In this document: one piece after another, positions 44,560 to 58,174 of the stretch
Layout: each line of letters starts with the position of its first letter
How positions within the stretch are numbered: the first letter of the stretch is position 1
NCBI GenBank assembly: GCA_036689435.1
Contig: CP144822.1
Coordinates: 183,980-247,979 of the forward strand
Direction of reading: 5' to 3'
Length of the DNA: 64,000 nt
From: Candidatus Stammera capleta
GTDB lineage: Bacteria; Pseudomonadota; Gammaproteobacteria; Enterobacterales; Enterobacteriaceae
Program-made: the position numbers and the translations under genes
The notes under the pieces: generated by a model
Told to the model about the DNA's origin: nothing
The model's input: only the letters and a program-made list of their open reading frames with translations
The model's database searches: none

Positions 44560-45891
44560 TTATGAAGATTTTATTACACCATAAAGACAATTATAATATA
44601 AATTTACTAATTTAACTGTAATAATATTTCCTAATAATTTTTTATGACCTGTTAAATAAATAATTTTGTTATTATCTGCTCGTCCATACATAAAATTATT
44701 TTCTTTATTAACAAATCCTTCTACTAATACCTTTTGTACAGTACCTAATAATCTATTATTTCAATAATAAATATTTTGTTTTATTAACTTCTGTAACTTA
44801 AATAAACGAGATTTTTTTTCTAACAAAGAAACATTATCTTTCATATTAGATGCTATAGTACCAGGACGAGGAGAATATATAAATAAATAACTAGTATCAA
44901 ATTTAATTTCTAATACTAATTTCAAAGTTAAATTAAAATCATGTTCTGTTTCACCAGGGAATCCTACTATAAAATCTGTACCAAATAACATATTAGGTCT
45001 TACTAATAAAATTTTTTTTATAATATCCTGATATAATTCTATTGTATAATTACGATGCATTTTTTGTAAAATAACATTAGATCCACTTTGTACAGGTAAA
45101 TGTAAATAATTTACTAACTGTTTAATATTTTTATATGCCATTATTAATTTATCAGTAAAATTAACAGGATGACTAGTAGTAAATCTTAAACGATTCACAC
45201 CAGGTATCTCAGAAATATTATATAATAAATCTACAAAATCACATTTAAATCCATTTTTATAACAACTAATATAAGAATTAACATTCTGACCTAATAAATT
45301 AATATCTTGTACACCTTTATTAACCAAATACTTAATCTCTTTAATAATAATTTCTGGATTACGACTAACTTCCTTACCACGAGTAAAAGGTACTATACAA
45401 TAAGTACAATATTTGTTACATCCTTCAGTAATAGTAACATAAGAAAAAAATTTCTTTTCTAATAAAGTATTACTATATTTATAATCATTTTCTGATACTA
45501 CATCAAAATTAATAATTTTTTTATGATTTAATCTAAATTGTGAAATAAAATAATATATTTTACTAATATTTTTAGGTACAAAAATAATATCTACTGTTCT
45601 ACTACGTAAAAAAATATTTTTTTTTTCCTGTACTGATACACAACCCCCTACACATACAATCACATTAGATTTTCTATTTTTATATTCTTGTATACGACCT
45701 AATAAATGAAATAATTTTTCCTGAGCATTATGTCTAACTGAACACGTATTTAAAATAATTACATCAGCAGCATCATAAGAATCAACAATAATATATTTCT
45801 CAAATTTATTCAAATAATAAACAATTTTATTTGAATCATATTGATTCATTTGACATCCTCAAGTTTTAATATATAAATAATTATTTTTCAT
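44560..45891 (-). CDS. miaB: tRNA-i6A37 methylthiotransferase MiaB (443 aa)
   Basis: The N-terminus is MKNNYLYIKTWGCQMNQYDS. The radical-SAM motif CNKYCTYC is present. Track ORF 44761 is extended in frame at both ends. Confidence 0.9.
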
Positions 45892-45993
45892 ATATAATCT
45901 ATATATTTATCACATACTTAATATGAAAAATACAATAGACTCCTAAAAATTTTATAAAAATATAAATAATCTATTAAATAATATAAATGATAT

Positions 45994-46066
45994 TAGCTAT
46001 GACAGGAATCGAACCTGTATCTTCAGCGTTATGAATGCTGTACTTTACCCATTAAGTTACATAGCC
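45994..46066 (-). tRNA. tRNA-Met (anticodon CAU), elongator-like
   Basis: The 73-nt cloverleaf has acceptor GGCTATG/CATAGCT, loop TTCATAA and T-arm ACAGG-TTCGATT-CCTGT. It lacks the initiator features (C1-A72 and a 3xGC anticodon stem). Its ends resemble E. coli elongator tRNA-Met, but Ile2 (lysidine) cannot be excluded. Confidence 0.75.
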
Positions 46067-46083
46067 ATATTAAATAATAAATA

Positions 46084-46154
46084 CAGGGGTACTAGGACTC
46101 GAACCTAGGATAGCGGGATCAAAACCCGATGCCTTACCTCTTGGCTATACCCCA
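46084..46154 (-). tRNA. tRNA-Gln (anticodon UUG)
   Basis: The 71-nt sequence TGGGGTA-TA-GCCAAGAGGTAAGGC-A-TCGGG-TTTTGAT-CCCGC.. aligns almost position for position with E. coli tRNA-Gln. The discriminator is G73. Confidence 0.88.
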
Positions 46155-46203
46155 ATATAAAAATAATATTATAAATATACAAATTTAATGAAATAAAGTA
46201 CAA

Positions 46204-46285
46204 TACGGAAGACGAGACTTGAACTCGTACACTTAATAAGTACTAGAACCTAAATCTAGTGCGTTTACCATTACGCCACTTCCGC
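46204..46285 (-). tRNA. tRNA-Leu (anticodon UAG), with a long variable arm
   Basis: The 82-nt sequence has acceptor GCGGAAG, anticodon arm CTAGA-TTTAGGT-TCTAG, a 14-nt variable arm, and a perfect T-stem ACGAG/CTCGT. Confidence 0.88.
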
Positions 46286-46361
46286 ATAAAAATTATAAAT
46301 TTATTAAACTCATTATATATAATATATCACAATTTAATTAATAAACATACGATTTTTCTTT

Positions 46362-47237
46362 ATGAAATATATAATTAATACATGAAAATTCATTAAATAT
46401 CATATACATTTATTCAAAAAAAATAAACTATATTACGGACATGGTTTTAATACTGCATATACTGAAATTATATATTTAATTAAACATATTTTAAATTATA
46501 AATATCAAAAAAGTTTACAAAAAACCATTAAATTTAATAATAAAAAACAATTTAATAAATTAAAATATTTATTAAAATTACGAATTCATAAAAAAATACC
46601 TATAGTGTATTTAACAAAAGAAATATGATATTGCAATAAAAAATTTTATATTAACAATCAAGTTATTATACCTAAATCACCTATAGGAAAAATTATGAAA
46701 ATAAACATTAAAAATAAAATATCTCCTAAAAAAATTTTAGATTTAGGTACCGGTAATGCATGTTTAGCTATTATATGTTCATATATTTATCCTACTAGTA
46801 AAATAGATGCTACTGATATTTCTAATAAAGCTTTAATATTAGCTAAAAAAAATATTCTTTTACATAAAAAAGAAAAACAAATTAAATTAATTAAAAGTAA
46901 TTTATTTAATAATTTAAATAAAAATAAATATGATTTAATAATATCTAATCCTCCATATGTTAATCCAAAAGATTTAAAATATTTACCAAAAGAATATTTA
47001 TATGAACCAAAACTAGGATTATTAAGTAATTTAAATGGTACTGAAATAATAACAAAAATATTATTAAATGCTCATAAATATTTAACAAGAAACGGATGAC
47101 TATTATGTGAAGTAGGATATCAAAAAGAAAAAATAGAAGAAAAATTTCTTTTCTTAAAACCATTTTGAATTCATATAAATAAGAAAATACAAAATATTTT
47201 TTTTATATCTAAAAAACATTTATTTTTGAAAAAATAA
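46362..47237 (+). CDS. prmB: Ribosomal protein L3 glutamine N5-methyltransferase (PrmB/YfcB-like), 291 aa
   Basis: The motifs YYGHGFNTAYTE, IPIVYLTKEIWYCNKKFYINNQVIIPKSPIG, DLGTGNAC and NPPY are present. A PrmC (HemK) assignment is less likely but possible. Confidence 0.75.
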
Positions 47238-47279
47238 TATTTTCTATCATATATATGATTAATAATATAAATAATAACA

Positions 47280-48284
47280 TTATATGTTTAAATCACATGA
47301 ATGTATACATTTAACTATATATGATAAAATATCATAAAATAAATTTTTTCTATTAATAAATTTTATTTTAAACAAAATTTGTAAAGAACTAATTAATTTA
47401 TGTACAATTAAAAAAACTATTTTACTCGGTAATATGTTATTAAAATATTTAATTAAATGTATTTTATCTAAATTAATTAAATTATTTTTAATAAGAGAAA
47501 AATATAAATTTGAATATTTACAAACATCTAAAAAAAAAGTAACTAATCAATATAAATTATATTTTAATAATTTTAAATTAATATTTTTCATTAAAATATT
47601 AATATTTTTTAATAAAATATACTTAATATTTTTAAATAAAATTAATCTATAAACTCAATATTTTTCAAGTAAAAATAAAGTTACATAAGGAGAATAATTA
47701 CTTAACCTAATAGCAGTAACAATACTTAATTTATTACAATTTTTAATTCTACAAAGAATCCAATGAAAAATTACATTTTCACTAGGTGTATTTAATTGAT
47801 AGATTAAACATCTACTATAAATAGTAGGAGGTATTTTTACATAATTAAAACAAGTAAATATTATATTTAATCTATATGGAAAATCTTCCATTAATTTTAA
47901 AATTGCATTAAAAGTATATTTAGTTAAAAAACTAGTATGAGAAAAATACAATATTTTACTACTACCTAAATATAAGGTACTTTGTTGAACATGATTAATA
48001 ATCTTTAAAATAGTATTTAAAGATATAACATTATTTTTATCAACATTAATATGATAATAATCAGGATGTATATTTTTATCCAATAATCTACAATTAATAC
48101 AATTATCACAACATTGATTATTTTTTAAATATTTACAATACATCCATTTAACTATAGACAATACTAATTTATTAACTTTAAAATAAGTATTATATCGAAT
48201 TAATAAATTATAATTTTTTTTTTTTATTAAATTATTTTGAATTATTTTATTATATAAATTAATATATCATATATCTAATATCAT
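47280..48284 (-). CDS. holB: DNA polymerase III delta-prime subunit (334 aa)
   Basis: The motifs CxxCxxC..HPDYY and YSRC are present. Track ORF 47655-48161 extends in frame both ways through TGA codons. The resulting length equals E. coli HolB. Confidence 0.82.
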
Positions 48285-48470
48285 AATTATCCTTAATTTA
48301 TATGTAATTATTTATATTTTATAAATATTTAAAAATATATAAATATTATATTATATATTATTGATTTATAAATCAATGATAATTAATTAATAATATCTAT
48401 CATTTTTAAAAAATATATTATATAATATGTAATAAATTCTAATGTAAAAGTTATATAAACAGGTAAACCT

Positions 48471-49070
48471 ATGTTAGTAACTAAAAAAGCTCCTAATTTT
48501 ATAGCTGATGCAATTTTACCTAATGGTGAAATTATTACTAATTTAAACTTTAAAGAATATATATATCATCAAAAAGCAGTAATATTTTTTTGACCTTTAG
48601 ATTTCACATTTATTTGTCCTACTGAATTAATTACATTAAATAATAAATTTAATTTATTCCTCGAAAAAAATACTAGAGTTCTAGGTATATCTATAGATTC
48701 TATTTATACACATTTAAAATGAAGAAATACTTCATACCAAAATGGAGGTATAGGAACTATATCATTCCCTATAATATCAGACTTAAAAAAAGAAATAATT
48801 ACATTATATGATATACATCATATATCAGGAGTAGCATTAAGAGCTACCTTTATAATTGATAAACAAAGAATTATAAGACATCAAACCATAAATGACTTAG
48901 ATATAGGTCGTAATATAGATGAAACATTACGAATCATAGATGCTATAGACCATATTCAAAAACATCATAAAGTATGTCCAGCACAATGACAAAAAGGTAA
49001 AAAATCTCTTACACCTAATACAGAAAGTATAAAAAAATATTTAACCAATAATATAAATGATTTAAAATAA
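48471..49070 (+). CDS. ahpC: Typical 2-Cys peroxiredoxin (AhpC/TsaA type), 199 aa
   Basis: The peroxidatic site FFWPLDFTFICPTE and the resolving site KVCPAQW are present. The gene is absent from the track because of in-frame TGA codons. Confidence 0.85.
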
Positions 49071-49081
49071 TTATTTTTAAC

Positions 49082-49111
49082 ATATATTTATATATAATAT
49101 ATTTATATATA
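49082..49111. repeat. Perfect tandem duplication (2 x 15 bp) of atatatttatatata
   Basis: I read it directly from the sequence. It lies in the ahpC-yajC spacer, and the same 15-mer recurs at 57936-57950 and 58074-58088. Confidence 0.7.
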
Positions 49112-49149
49112 AATAATAAAAAACATATTTTATATTAACTTTTAAAACT

Positions 49150-49440
49150 ATGAATTTATTATATAAATTATATCCATTTATTATTTTATTTTTAATATGT
49201 ATTATATTTTGTTATATAACTTTAATATATCCAAAACAACAATTATATATACATCAAAAAAATATAGAAAAAGATCTTAAAATTAATACTATTGTTCTTA
49301 TTAATGGTATTATAGGAAAAGTAATAAAAATCCAAAACACTCCATACTTAACTATACTTATTAATAAAGATACTCAAATCTTAATACATAAAAAATATAT
49401 ATCTAAAATATTACCTGACAATATTTTTAATAAATTATAA
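49150..49440 (+). CDS. yajC: Preprotein translocase accessory subunit YajC (96 aa)
   Basis: One N-terminal TM segment is followed by ..LINGIIGKVIKI...ILP, resembling E. coli YajC. Confidence 0.78.
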   Translation: MNLLYKLYPFIILFLICIIFCYITLIYPKQQLYIHQKNIEKDLKINTIVLINGIIGKVIKIQNTPYLTILINKDTQILIHKKYISKILPDNIFNKL

Positions 49441-49445
49441 ATAAT

Positions 49446-49613
49446 TTAATTAATTTTTGTTTCTTTGTATAAAACATGTTTTTTAAGGTAAGGGTCATAT
49501 TTAATAAGACTTAATAAATTATTAGTATTACGACTATTTTTAGTAGTAGTATAAAAATGACCTGTACCTGCAGTTGATAATAATTTAATTTTAATTCTTA
49601 ATTTTTTAGCCAT
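49446..49613 (-). CDS. rpmG: 50S ribosomal protein L33 (55 aa)
   Basis: The full translation [48 protein letters not shown] is recognisable. Confidence 0.9.
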   Translation of the reverse strand: MAKKLRIKIKLLSTAGTGHFYTTTKNSRNTNNLLSLIKYDPYLKKHVLYKETKIN

Positions 49614-49645
49614 TATAAAATCCTTTAATAACTATTAAATAATAA

Positions 49646-49858
49646 TTATTTTTTAATATATTTATGAATACCATTTTTATCAATCATACGTAACGCTTTT
49701 GCAGTAACTCTAAGTGTTAAAAACCTTTTCTTATCGGACAATCAAAATTTATGTGTATGTAAATTAGGGAAAAACTTTCTAGAAGTTTTATTCATAGCAT
49801 AAGATCTTTTTTTACCAAATAATACTTTTTTTTTCGTAATAAAACATATTTTAGACAT
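49646..49858 (-). CDS. rpmB: 50S ribosomal protein L28 (70 aa)
   Basis: The translation MSKICFITKKKVLFGKKRSYAMNKTSRKFFPNLHTHKFWLSDKKRFLTLRVTAKALRMIDKNG has one TGA-encoded Trp. The rpmB-rpmG pair is conserved. Confidence 0.9.
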
Positions 49859-49887
49859 ATTTATTTATCTATAATCCTTATTATTTA

Positions 49888-52800
49888 TTAATAATTAATT
49901 AAATTCTTTATATAATTAACTATTATAACATAATTATATTTGACATCTTGATTATTAATAAATCCATTAACTAATAAAATAGTATTAACTCTTAAAAGAG
50001 AAATATATTTTCTATATAAATCTTTATATAAACAAATTTTTATTTCACTAGTACTATCATCTACATACGCGTAACATATTTTATTATTATTTTTAGTAAT
50101 ATAAATTTTAACACTTACAATAACACCAATTATATTAATAATATCACAAAAATTATTAATAAATAATGACTTAATATTTACTATTTTAGTATGTGTTTTA
50201 CATAAAAAATTATGTATTAAATCTTGATATAAATTAATAGGATGATTAGTAATATAATTACCTAATACTGTTTTTTCTCATAATAATTGTTCTATCATAG
50301 ATAATGGAGAAAAATTTTTTAAAGAATCAATAATTAATTTCTTTTCTAAATTTTTTAAATAAATATCCATATTAAACAATGTTAATTGTCTATTAGACAA
50401 TAATTGTTTTTTATACTGTGCTAAATTAATTATTTTATGCCTAATATAAATCAAAAAACTACGATCCATATTAAAAATATCAAAAGTACCTGAATAAATA
50501 AAATTCTTAATAATCATTTTAGTTACTAATTTAGATAAAGTTAAATAACAAAAATGAAAAAAATTTTTAAAAAAAATACATTTATTACGGATATTTATAA
50601 TAAAATTAATAATCTTTTTACCTATACCTTTAATAGCACCCAAACCATATACTATCTTATTTTCATTATTAATACTAAAATAATATAAACTTTTATTAAT
50701 ATTAGGTGGTAAAATAATAAAATTATTTCATTTTAATTCATTTAAACTTAATTGAATTTTTTCTAAATTATCAATATCCGTATTAATAACAGAAATTAAA
50801 AATTCCATAGGAAAATTAGCTTTTAATCATAAAGTTTGATAAGCAGTATAAGCATATGACACTGAATGTGATTTATTAAATCCATAAGAAGCAAAATATT
50901 CCATTAAAGAAAAAATTTTTTCTGCTAATAACACATCAATATTTTTTTTCTTAGCTTTATTAACAAAAATAGAACGATGTTTTTTCATTTCTACGATATC
51001 TTTTTTACCCATTGCCCTACGTAACATATCAGCATAACCTAAGCTATAATTAGCTAATACACGTGCTATTAACATAACTTGTTCTTGATATAAAATAATA
51101 CCATAAGTACTTTGTAATATAGGTTTTAATAAAATATGTTGTCATTTACTATCAGGATAACATATTTTCTCTCTGCCATATTTACGATCAATAAAATTAT
51201 CTACCATACCTGTTTGTAAAGGACCTGGTCTAAATAAAGCAATAATAGCTACTATTTCTTCAAAATTTTTAGGTAATAAACGTTTTATTAAGTTTCTCAT
51301 ACCATAAGATTCTAATTGGAAAATAGATGTAGTATTAGCTTTATTTAACAAACAAAAACTTTTTTTATCCTTAAAATCAATGTTATTTAAATTAAAATTA
51401 ATAGAAGGATAACGTTTTTGAATTAACTTCACACATTTATTAATAACCGTTAAAGTACGTAAACCTAATAAATCAAATTTAATTAAACCTACATATTCTA
51501 TATCTATTTTATCAAATTGAGTTAATATTTTATTATTATCAACATCTTTATAAATAGGACAAAAATCAGTAATTAATGTAGGAGAAATAATAACACCACC
51601 AGCATGTCTACCAATACTTTTTATAACACCTTCTAAAACAAAAGAAATATCAATTAAAATTTTACACTCAATATTAGAAGAATATAAATATGATATATTA
51701 GGTACATTTGATAATATATCATATAACGTTTTATTAACATATAAAGGTATTAAACGAACTATTTTATCAACAAATATATAAGAATATCCTAAGACTCTCC
51801 CTACTTCTCTAATAACAGATTTAGCTGTTAATTTATTAAATACTACTATTTGTGCGACAGAATCTACCCCATATGTTTTTTCAATATGTTCAATTACTTG
51901 ATCACGTTTTAACATACAAAAATCAATATCTAAATCTGGTAAAGATACCCTTTCAGGATTTAAAAATCGTTCAAAAAATAAACCATATTTAATAGGATCA
52001 ATATCTGTTATATATAATACATATGCTACTAAAGAACCAGATCCTGAACCTCTACCAGGACCAACAGCTATATTATTATTTTTTGCTCAAACTACAAATT
52101 CCATAACAATTAAAAAATAATCAAAATACTTCATACTATTTATAATACTTAATTCATATTTTAATCTTTTCATATAAATATATTTTTTACTAACATCAAT
52201 AATATTAGATAAAATTTTTTGTTCTAAAGCCTTATATGAAACATAAATTAAATATTCACTAGCATCAGTAATATTTTGTTTATTTATAGGTATACGATAT
52301 TTAGGTAAAAAAACACCTTTATATTTCAAAATAAAATTACATCGTTTAGCTATTTCTACACTATTAACTAATACTTCAGGCATATCTTGGAATATACCTA
52401 ACATTTCTCTTTCCGTTTTAAAATATTGATGTCTAGTATAAGTAATATATGGATCTACTTGTTTTAATAAACATCTATAATAAATAGCGGTACGAATTTT
52501 ATTAAAATAAAAATCTTTTTTAGATAAAAACAATACTTTATTAGTAGCTACAAGAGGTATATTAGTATATGAAGAAATATGTAATAAATATTGAATATAT
52601 TTATATTCATTCTCTATACCTATTCTATAAATTTGTAAATATAAACAATTATTTAATTTCTTTTTTCAAAAAAATAATTTTTCTATTACATATTCTTTTT
52701 GTTGCATAAAATAATTATGAATATCAAATAAAAAAATTAAACCTTGACAATATTCTATTATTCATTGTTGATATAATAACAATTTATTTTTATTCAAATA

Positions 52801-53124
52801 ACTCATTTTATGACTTAACGTAATTAATTGAATTAAATTATTATAACCTATATCATTCATAACCAAAATAACAATAGAAAATAAATTTTCAGGATCATTT
52901 TCATGAATAAATAAAGCATCTATACCAATAATAGGTTTAACACCTATTTTATAAAACATATTAAAAAATTTTACCAAACAAGATATATTAAAATCATCAG
53001 TAATAGCTAAAGATGGTACATTATATTTTTTAACTACCTGTAATAATGAACTTAATTTACATAATCCATCTTTTAATGAATAATCACTATGGACATTAAG
53101 ATGTATGAATTTAACATTACACAT
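49888..53124 (-). CDS. dnaE: DNA polymerase III alpha subunit (1078 aa)
   Basis: Five track ORFs share one frame, and I checked the gaps triplet by triplet. The PHP-domain start is [15 protein letters not shown]. Motifs [12 protein letters not shown] and [15 protein letters not shown] are present, and the OB-fold tail extends to the TAA at 49888. Confidence 0.95.
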
Positions 53125-53263
53125 ATATATTTTTATATATTAATAATAAAGTATACGTAATACAACATATATATTAAACAATATCTAATTATTTAATTTC
53201 TAAATATTATCTATTTTTTAATAATTATAAATATCATTTATGACAAAAAATATAAATATTTAT

Positions 53264-53284
53264 TACTGGGTAAAATACCCAGTA
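53264..53284 (-). terminator. G/C-containing hairpin downstream of skp; candidate intrinsic terminator
   Basis: The stem is tactgggt(a)/(t)acccagta, 8-9 bp with a 3-5 nt loop, 29 nt after the skp stop. There is no strong contiguous T-tract. Confidence 0.45.
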
Positions 53285-53312
53285 AAAGAGATATGAAATA
53301 TTCACTAAAATA

Positions 53313-53930
53313 TTAATGAATATTATTATTATTAATATTATTTAATTTATTGTTAGATAACATATTTTCATCAAATAGTTGACGATTACTGTCTGATAAT
53401 AACAATTTAGATAAATTAACTATATTAGTTTCTTTATTAATTAAATAAATAATATCATCAGTAATGTTAGTAACAGTACTATCACTATAGATAACTATAT
53501 TATTATTTAATACTAAATTATATTTATTTAATACATATTTTTTTACTAAATCTTGGATATTAGTTATTAATACATGATATGTATATAAATTATCTTGATT
53601 TAATTTAGTTTCTATATTACGTATTTCACTATAAATATCATTACGTTTTATATTTAATTTATCTTTTTCATATTCTATTTCTTCTTCAGTAACTAAATCT
53701 ACCTGATCATTAATTTCTTTTTCTTTTTTATTAAGATTAGATATCTTTTTATTAAATTTAATATAATTTAAATTAATTTGTTTATTAATATCTTTTAAAA
53801 ATTTCTGATATACAACAGATTTCTTTAAAACTAAATCAATATCTAATACTGCTTTTTTAGCTATACTTAAAAATGGACAAAATACAAACATACATAATAA
53901 TATTATGTTACGAATAAATTTATTATTCAT
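53313..53930 (-). CDS. skp: Periplasmic chaperone Skp/OmpH (205 aa)
   Basis: A signal-peptide-like N-terminus is followed by a coiled-coil Lys/Glu/Asn-rich body. The gene lies immediately downstream of bamA. Confidence 0.75.
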   Translation of the reverse strand: MNNKFIRNIILLCMFVFCPFLSIAKKAVLDIDLVLKKSVVYQKFLKDINKQINLNYIKFNKKISNLNKKEKEINDQVDLVTEEEIEYEKDKLNIKRNDIYSEIRNIETKLNQDNLYTYHVLITNIQDLVKKYVLNKYNLVLNNNIVIYSDSTVTNITDDIIYLINKETNIVNLSKLLLSDSNRQLFDENMLSNNKLNNINNNNIH

Positions 53931-53973
53931 TTTTAATTACCTATATTTTTATATAAATTTTATGTTTTAAAAA

Positions 53974-56448
53974 CTAAGAATTAGTAATATATAACTGATA
54001 GAAATGTATTCTATCATGTGCTTCCCAAAGTACAGGTGAACCAAATGATACATTAATTACTCCAAAAGGAGTAGAAACTTTAAAAGCAACTCCAGCAGAT
54101 ATTTTAAATATCTCATAAAATTTATTATATTTATGTGTATCTAAAATAACCTGTATATGTTCAGATAATAATTCATTATCAATAATTAAACCACTATCTA
54201 AAAATAAAGATAAACGATAATAATCTTTATAAAAATTACCAAATACATGATCAAGTGGAATTGATAATTCTGTATTAAAAGATCACATAATATTTCCATG
54301 AAATAATTTACTTGGATGACGACAATCCCAATAAAATTTATCATGACATTTTTTATGCAAATCAGAATAATAAAAAATAGAATCTAAACTCTCACGATGA
54401 AATCCTCTTAAATAATTATGAACATATGGTCTAAAATATTCATATACTGGTATAGTACTATTATGATAACTATGCATATAACCTAAAAAATTACTAAAAG
54501 ATAAAATAAAATTATCTTTTTTATTTAAAGAAAAATAATTTTTTCATGTAAACGTAATCTGATAATAAAGATTATCTGACCATAATAAAGTAGCATTACT
54601 ATGTAAGTTAAAATAATAACCTGATATAGGAAAAATATTCTTTTTTAAATTATTAAAAGTATAATCAAACAATAACTGTATTTGCTTGACTTTATTCGAT
54701 TTTAAATAAGAAATAGTTAAAAACTCATGTTTTCTATAAGGACTATAACATAATTTATTAATAGCAGTAGGATCAGATACATAATTAGGATCTAAACCTC
54801 CTAACATATCAATATGTACATAATCATCTAAATATCTATAATTATAATTTACTCCTACAGTTATATATTTTTTAGGATTATAGTAATAAACTACTTCTTT
54901 ACTTATATTTAAATTAATATCAGGATTACTATGATGATTATCAACTAACTTATATTTATATATAAAATTAAATTTATCATTAATATAAATATTATTATTA
55001 TTACTTAACCCAGGATAAGATAATAAAGTATTAATACTATATATATTATTACCTTTAGTAATATCAAAAATTAATTTAGTACCTACACCTAAAAGATTCT
55101 TTTTCAAAAAAGAAAACTTATAATTTAATAAACTATTTCTACTTAAACCTAAATTAAAAGCAAAATTACCATAACTTACTATTTCTTTTAAATTAAAAGT
55201 AATATCAACTAAATTAGTATGTCGTACATAATGTTTTTTAATTTTAATCTTAACATCTTCTATAAATCCTGTTTTTAATAAATTTTCTATACTTATACGA
55301 ACTAATGATTCATTATATACATTACCCTCTAATAAAACAATTTCTTTACGTAAAATACTATCTACCGTACTAGTATTACCTCATATATTAATCTTACGTA
55401 CATAAAATTTTTTTCCTAGATGTACATTAAATTTTAAATTTATATAATGATCTTTTAATTTATGATGATCTACATCAATAACCACATCTAAATAACCTTT
55501 ATTTTTATAAAATGATAATAAACGTTCATAAAAATGATGTACAAAATCTGTTGTATACACCATTTCATGTACAAAAAATTTATTTTTTATTTCTTCAGTT
55601 TGACTATCAAATAAAAATAAATCATCTTGTATTGTAATATCTAATATTCTATATATTTCACCTTCATATAAATAAATATATAAATCAATAAAGGTATCAT
55701 CTAATACTAATGACTTAATAACTCTTTTTATAGTAAAATCTAAATAACCTTTATTTATATAAAAATATTTTAATTTTTGTAAATCATTTTCAAATGCATT
55801 TACTCTATAAATACTATTTACTAATATATTATGAAAAAAATTTTTATATACTTTAGTATATCAATTTTTAGTTAACTGAAAATCATTAAATTTTGTATTT
55901 CCTGATAAAACAATTTTACGTATTTTAGGTCATGTAAATTCTTTAAAAACAACTTGTAAAACAACATTTTTATCTTTTAATGATATAAATTGAAAATCAA
56001 TAGTTACATCTATACCTTCCTTTTGATATAAATCATAAAGATAATTTTTTATCATTAATAAATTATATGTATTTAACATATAATTTTTTTTAATATCAAA
56101 TTTATTAAATATATCTATTAATTTTTGTTTATCAAAAAATTTATTATTAATAAATTTAATTTCTGATATATTATAATTATATATTAATGAAAAATACAAC
56201 TTATCTTTTATATAAGATCATGTAATATTTTGAAAATTACCAGTATTATATAAATATTCTACTAATAAAGAAATATCTCCCTTTTTTATCGTAGGACCAA
56301 ACTTATTTAATAATAAGTGTGAATAATAATCTCTATCAATTTTATTATTAAGACCTACTAAAGATATAGTACCTACATCTATATTATTACTTGCGAATAT
56401 TTTTATATTAAATAGTAATATTATTACTATAATAAATAGTTTATTCAT
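53974..56448 (-). CDS. bamA: Outer membrane protein assembly factor BamA (824 aa)
   Basis: Five track ORFs share one frame with only TGA between them, checked by hand. A signal peptide, POTRA-like repeats and a C-terminal beta-barrel region are present. The gene sits between rseP and skp. Confidence 0.88.
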
Positions 56449-56463
56449 ATTATTTATATATAT

Positions 56464-57861
56464 TTAATATTTATAAAAATCTCTACTATAATTAAACAAC
56501 AATAATTTTATACCTATAATTATATCTTTATATAATACATATAAAGATGTACTAAATAACAATATAGTACCAATATAAGTATATAAATACTCTATTATAG
56601 AATATTTCTTTCTAGTTAAAAAACGTATTAATAATAAACCTATATTACCACCATCTAATGGCATAAATGGTAATAAATTACATACAAATAAATTAACATT
56701 TAATACACTAATTAATGACATATAACGTAAAAATTCATATTTATTTAAAATTATACGAAACATATTAAAAACAGTTACTGGACCAGTAAATCGCTTAATA
56801 TTACGTATATGTCCTGTTACTAAAATAAAAAAATTAACATAAATATATTTAATTAATAAAAAAATTTGATTAAAAGTATATTTTAATGATGATCATTTAC
56901 TAAGTTGGAGATTATATAAATAATCTCTCCGTATAATTGTAAAATATTTATTAATATAATTTTTTTTTATTAATGATTCATAAATATCTTCATATTTTAC
57001 TTGTTTAACAATAAACTTATTATTTCTTATAATATGGAAAGTAATAAACTTATCTTTATAAAAATCTTTATATTTTAATAACTTAATAAAATTATTGTTT
57101 TCACTTAATAAATTATTATTGATCATATAAATCTGATCATTATTTACTAATAAAGATAAAAATTTATTATTTATATTATCCCTAATATTTTTTACTAAAA
57201 ATAATGTATATAAAAAAACTTTATTTAAAAACAAAGAAAAATCTTTTATAAATTGAGATCTTTTAATTTCATATTTAATTACTTCATTAGAATGAATATC
57301 TTTCATTTTTAATAATAATGTATCATCATTAATACTATCTAATACATATTTAATATCAATATTATTAATAATATTATAATTATTAATACTTAATAATTGA
57401 TAATTGCGAATATTAAAATTATTACTATTAATAAGATTATATTTATTATTTACTATTTCTAGTATAGGAGGAGAAATAGGATTCCCAATATTAAATATAA
57501 TAAAATATATTAATATAGATAATAATAAATTCATTATAGGTCCAGATATTATAATAAATAATCTAGTAAAAAAAAAATTTATTTTATCTTTACTAAAAAA
57601 AGACTGCTGATTATTAATCGGTCAATCTAAATAATCTACATCAGATTGTACATATCCTCCTAAAGGAAATAACCTTAATTGATAATTAGTATTACCTAAA
57701 TTAATATTACATAATAAGGGCCCTATACCTACTACAAATAAATTAACAGGTATCCCTATAATTTTCATAGCTATAAAATGACCTAATTCATGGCATATAA
57801 TTATTAACATAATAGTTAATATTACTATACATGAAATAAACAGACTTTTAAAAATATACAT
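56464..57861 (-). CDS. rseP: Site-2 (M50) zinc metalloprotease RseP (465 aa)
   Basis: The motif HELGHF lies in the first TM segment. Three track ORFs share one frame with only TGA between them. The C-terminal LPFMPLDGG motif is present. Confidence 0.88.
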
Positions 57862-58174
57862 ATATTTATACTTATATAAATATAAAATTATTTATATAAT
57901 ATATATCTCTATATAAAACATTTACTAATAATATTATATATTTATATATAATTATTATATAGTGAGTTCATAACATAATAGAAATTATTAAATAATATAA
58001 TTATATATTTAATTAAATATTTATCTTTAAAATAAATAGAACTATTGTTAATAAAAAAACATCTATATATCAAATATATTTATATATAATATAAATAATA
58101 TATATATATGATATAATTTATATATTAAATGAAAAAAAATGTTTTATATATATCAATACTTATATAAAAATATA

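Noticed and set aside
47434-47652. The 72-aa plus-strand ORF in the track.
   Set aside because: It lies entirely antisense to the C-terminal half of holB, which becomes a full 334-aa protein once TGA is read as Trp.
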